Positions 24,978-32,000 of a DNA stretch of 32,000 bases are shown piece by piece (within the stretch, counting starts at the first letter, position 1; the number at the start of each line of letters is the position of its first letter). The notes below the pieces were generated by a model. That model had not been told where the DNA came from. It ran no database searches and worked only from the letters and a program-made list of their open reading frames with translations. Source of the stretch: Erysipelotrichaceae bacterium (GTDB lineage: Bacteria > Bacillota_I > Bacilli_A > Erysipelotrichales > Erysipelotrichaceae); assembly GCA_963663995.1 (NCBI GenBank), contig OY760660.1:1830001-1862000 (forward strand). Reading direction: 5' to 3'. The translations under genes were made by a program, and so were the position numbers.

Positions 24978-25100
24978 CCGTGAACAGGGGTGCCCATTCG
25001 GGCTGAGATGTGTTAAACACAAAACCCTCATCACCTGATCTAGTTAAGACTAGCGTAGGGAGCTCACTGCTCTTTACCTTCTTACATTACGGGAGGTATT
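24978..25100 (+). promoter_or_regulatory. TPP (THI-box) riboswitch with SD-sequestering expression platform
   Basis: Reads GGGGTGCCCATTCGGGCTGAGA...AAACCC...ACCTGATCTAGTTAAGACTAGCGTAGGGA. P1 pairs 24980-24985 with 25062-25067. Downstream, TACCTTC (25075-25081) can pair with GGAGGTA (25092-25098), which contains the thiT SD. Confidence 0.92.
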
Positions 25101-25105
25101 TTTTT

Positions 25106-25615
25106 ATGAAAAGATCGGTAGTTAATCAAAGCGTACAGATGGCTCTGTATGCCGCATTGTTTATTGTTTTGGATTATTTTTCAAACCAGATTGGTATCTT
25201 TAGAATGCCACAAGGTGGAACGATTGGCTTAAGCACAGTGGTTCTACTCATTGCTTCTTATCAATTAGGTTGGAAGAAAGGTTTGGTTGTTGCATTAGTG
25301 ACGATTCCACTTCAAGGAATGTTTGCACCATATTATTCAGTTGATATCTTAGATTTCTTCTTTGAATATATTGTCGCCTTTGGTGTTTATGGATTTGCGA
25401 GTTTATTCCCTAACTATAAAAAGCCAATACCATTATTCACGGGTGTAATTATTGTTAATTTACTTCGTTTAGCCATTCATACTTATGCTGGCGTTGTGTA
25501 TTGGGGTGCAACATGGTCTGGATCATTTGCCTATAATGCTTGGTATATGATTCCTACTTTAATTGTTGGCGCATTACTTGTTCCACCAATTCTAAAAAGA
25601 TTACCAAAAAATTAA
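25106..25615 (+). CDS. thiT: Thiamine ECF transporter S component
   Basis: ORF 25010..25615 trimmed to ATG 25106; the upstream part of the ORF is the riboswitch. 169 aa membrane protein (MALYAALFIVLDYFS...MPQGGTIGL), directly downstream of a TPP riboswitch. Confidence 0.85.
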   Translation: MKRSVVNQSVQMALYAALFIVLDYFSNQIGIFRMPQGGTIGLSTVVLLIASYQLGWKKGLVVALVTIPLQGMFAPYYSVDILDFFFEYIVAFGVYGFASLFPNYKKPIPLFTGVIIVNLLRLAIHTYAGVVYWGATWSGSFAYNAWYMIPTLIVGALLVPPILKRLPKN

Positions 25616-25627
25616 TCGTATATATAT

Positions 25628-25654
25628 AAGGATAGGCAACTATCCTTTTGTTTA
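25628..25654 (+). terminator. Rho-independent terminator after thiT
   Basis: AAGGATAG-GCAA-CTATCCTT followed by TTGTTT. Confidence 0.75.
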
Positions 25655-25705
25655 TCCATTAAAAAATTTGTATAATATACAAGCACGTATGAAAGGAAGG
25701 TACAT

Positions 25706-26233
25706 ATGAAATTAGAAGTAGGTCAAAATGTGATCATTCAAAGTTTTAAACATGATGGTTCACTTCATCGCTCTTGGTTATACAGTACAGTCCTTGATGT
25801 CTTTGATGATTATGTGGTTGTATACAATAATAAAACATGGGTCATAGAATCTGATGGACGACGTTGGTTTACAAGAGAACCGGCGATTTGCTTCTTTTAT
25901 ACAAATAAATGGTATAACGTCATATCAATGATACGTAAGAATGGAATCTTCTATTACTGTAATCTTGCTTCACCAAGTTTATATGATGGAGAAGCAATAA
26001 AGAATATTGACTATGATTTAGATGTTAAAGTCTTCCCAGATGATAAATATATCATTCTAGATGAAGATGAATATCGTGATCATGGACGGAAAATGGGTTA
26101 CTCAAATGAACTGAAAGAAGTCGTTGAGTCCCAGATGGAAGAATTAATAGAACATATTAAACAGAAAGATTCTCCGTTCGATATTGAGGTGATTCAAAAG
26201 TATCATGAGAAATACCTAGAAATAAGTAAATGA
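25706..26233 (+). CDS. ntdp: Nucleoside tri-/diphosphate phosphatase (DUF402, UPF0374, YgaC-like)
   Basis: 175 aa. IQSFKHDGSLHRSW, ESDGRRWFTREPAICFF, YYCNLASP and IDYDLDVKV closely follow the YgaC/Ntdp family pattern. SD GAAAGGAAGG lies upstream. Confidence 0.85.
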   Translation: MKLEVGQNVIIQSFKHDGSLHRSWLYSTVLDVFDDYVVVYNNKTWVIESDGRRWFTREPAICFFYTNKWYNVISMIRKNGIFYYCNLASPSLYDGEAIKNIDYDLDVKVFPDDKYIILDEDEYRDHGRKMGYSNELKEVVESQMEELIEHIKQKDSPFDIEVIQKYHEKYLEISK

Positions 26234-26295
26234 TAAGGCTTTATCAGTAAATGAAAGCGCTTAACGAAACTTATGTAAAAAAGTTATAAAAAGCG

Positions 26296-26324
26296 TTGAC
26301 ACATAGTTAACGCTTTGATATTAT
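26296..26324 (+). promoter_or_regulatory. rRNA operon promoter (operon 1)
   Basis: TTGACA (26296-26301), 17 nt, then TATTAT (26319-26324), with an A-rich UP-like tract upstream (AAAAAAGTTATAAAAAG). Confidence 0.7.
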
Positions 26325-26388
26325 AAGTAGGCACTCGTTGAGAAACAGAAGCGAAACAAACGCTAGAAACGAAAGCAAAAAGTGCAGC

Positions 26389-26402
26389 TGTTCTTTGAAA
26401 AC
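26389..26402 (+). promoter_or_regulatory. boxA-like antitermination motif in the 16S leader
   Basis: TGTTCTTTGAAAAC is the Firmicutes-type rrn leader boxA. A second copy, GGTTCTTTGAAAAC, lies in the 16S-23S spacer. Confidence 0.65.
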
Positions 26403-26419
26403 TAAATAGGAAACAACGT
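26398..26419 (+). other. 5' half of the 16S precursor processing stem (pairs with 28030-28052)
   Basis: AAAACTAAATAGGAAACAACGT is complementary to ACGTTAGTTTCCTATTTAGTTTT, giving 22 bp with one bulged A. This is the usual RNase III-type stem bracketing 16S. Confidence 0.75.
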
Positions 26420-26476
26420 CAATTTCAATAATTGAAATTATATATCTCAGGGATGAGATATGAATCTATGAGTACA

Positions 26477-27998
<1,522 letters not shown>

Positions 27999-28070
27999 AA
28001 GGAGAAAGAATACATTTTAAAAAACCTATACGTTAGTTTCCTATTTAGTTTTGAGAGTTCAGCTCTCAGT

Positions 28071-28084
28071 GGTTCTTTGAAAAC
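28071..28084 (+). promoter_or_regulatory. Spacer boxA-like motif ahead of 23S
   Basis: GGTTCTTTGAAAAC is followed directly by the 5' half of the 23S processing stem (28080-28099), which pairs with 31226-31245. Confidence 0.6.
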
Positions 28085-28272
28085 CGAATAACAGATATGA
28101 AAAGACATGATCTTTCTGAATAGTTGAAAAATTATTAGAAAAATTAAGATTTTTACATTACGAGAAACAAAAAACAATTTTTACAAATTGTTTTAGTTAA
28201 AAACAAAACAGTAATCAAAGCAATCAAAGTATATTTTATATACGTGAACACACATATAAAAAAATCAAACGT

Positions 28273-31168
<2,896 letters not shown>

Positions 31169-31264
31169 CCCATAACTAATAAAAAAACATCAATTATTTC
31201 AGAAAGAGAAATAGCCCTTTATAAACATATCTATTATTCGGTTTTGAGAGAATCAACTCTCAGA

Positions 31265-31378
31265 TCTGGTGACGATAGCGTAGTGGTCACACCTGTTCCC
31301 ATCCCGAACACAGAAGTTAAGCACTACAGCGGTGACAATAGCACGGCGTGCCCGTGTCAAGATAACACGTTGCCGGTT
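31265..31378 (+). rRNA. rrf: 5S ribosomal RNA
   Basis: TCTGGTGACGATAGCGTAGTGGTCACACCTGTTCCCATCCCGAACACAGAAGTTAAGC aligns with Firmicutes 5S. The 3' GTTGCCGG pairs with the 5' end. Confidence 0.93.
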
Positions 31379-31383
31379 ACATT

Positions 31384-31409
31384 AAGCTCCTTTATAGGAG
31401 CTTTTTGTT
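31384..31409 (+). terminator. rRNA operon terminator
   Basis: AAGCTCCT-TTAT-AGGAGCTT followed by TTTTGTTTG. Confidence 0.8.
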
Positions 31410-31716
31410 TGTCTTATAGACATAAAAGGTTTATTATAGATTTACTCTCACTTTTTTAGAAAGGATCTAAAACAGTCTGACATATCGATAATAACTTTTG
31501 ATAAGACCCAAATCTTCTTTTAATGACCTTAATCTGAGAAAGAAAGAACTTGGAAATACTTATTAGAATGTTAAAAGAATATGAAGAAGAATTTGTTTTA
31601 ATGTCTAAGTTTTTTTTAAAAAAGAGAGAAAATAGTCTCATAAAGTACGATAAAACACAGGTTTTAAGCCGATTTTTAAATAAATAAAAAAAGGTAAAAT
31701 AAAGTGTAAAAAATCG

Positions 31717-31734
31717 TTGACAGGGGCTAGGGTG

Positions 31735-31745
<11 letters not shown>
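31717..31745 (+). promoter_or_regulatory. rRNA operon promoter (operon 2)
   Basis: TTGACA (31717-31722), 17 nt, then TATTAT (31740-31745). The hexamers and the flanking CGTTGACA are the same as in operon 1, but most of the spacer differs (GGGGCTAGGGTG against CATAGTTAACGC). Confidence 0.7.

Positions 31746-32000
<255 letters not shown>

Noticed and set aside
27999-28272. Looked for tRNA-Ile/tRNA-Ala in the 16S-23S spacer, and for tRNAs after 5S (31379-31716).
   Set aside because: There is no cloverleaf-capable segment and no GTTCGAATC-type T-arm or conserved D-arm motif. The spacers are AT-rich, with only processing stems, boxA and small hairpins.

Overview
This is a gene-dense chromosomal segment from an AT-rich, low-GC Bacillota-type organism. 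16S signatures such as CAAATAGGATTAGATACCCTAGTAGTCC and CCGCCCGTCAAACCATGAAAG suggest the Mollicutes/Erysipelotrichia-related radiation. TGA is used as a stop and TGG as Trp, so the standard code 11 applies. All product calls come from motifs I recognise by eye; no database search was possible.

Left to right the window holds:
- the 5' part of an RND efflux permease and its lipoprotein adaptor (-);
- a tandem glycine riboswitch driving gcvT-gcvH-gcvPA-gcvPB (-);
- single housekeeping genes: a glutaredoxin-like protein, a polyprenol-kinase-family membrane protein, rlmA, xth, cca, a CNNM/CorC-type transporter, namA, an ECF S component, sodA, hemolysin III, an MFS transporter, an ASCH protein and a transglutaminase-like lipoprotein;
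- a self-contained two-gene unit encoding a cytoplasmic ankyrin-repeat protein and an EF-G2-type GTPase;
- a pgpA-like / thioredoxin-like lipoprotein / AAC(3)-like / ogt operon;
- a RibD_C-type reductase, a GAF (fRMsr-like) protein, a TPP riboswitch with thiT, and ntdp;
- a complete 16S-23S-5S operon without tRNAs, followed in direct tandem by the promoter, leader and first ~100 nt of a second identical operon.

I found no mobile elements, CRISPR arrays or tRNA genes.

The observations most worth a second look are:
1. a leader peptide whose stop codon lies in the loop of an intrinsic terminator, directly upstream of the ankyrin/EF-G2 pair; this looks like a ribosome-sensing attenuator on a translation-factor paralog;
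2. the ankyrin/EF-G2 pairing itself;
3. a near-identical TAyAAT-GrGCGC-ATG block at three unrelated gene starts, implying leaderless mRNAs with a GC-rich discriminator;
4. a perfectly SD-equipped 23-codon uORF overlapping the start of the CNNM/CorC gene;
5. a compensated G19:C916 change in the 16S central pseudoknot that mismatches the 27F and 907R/926R primers.
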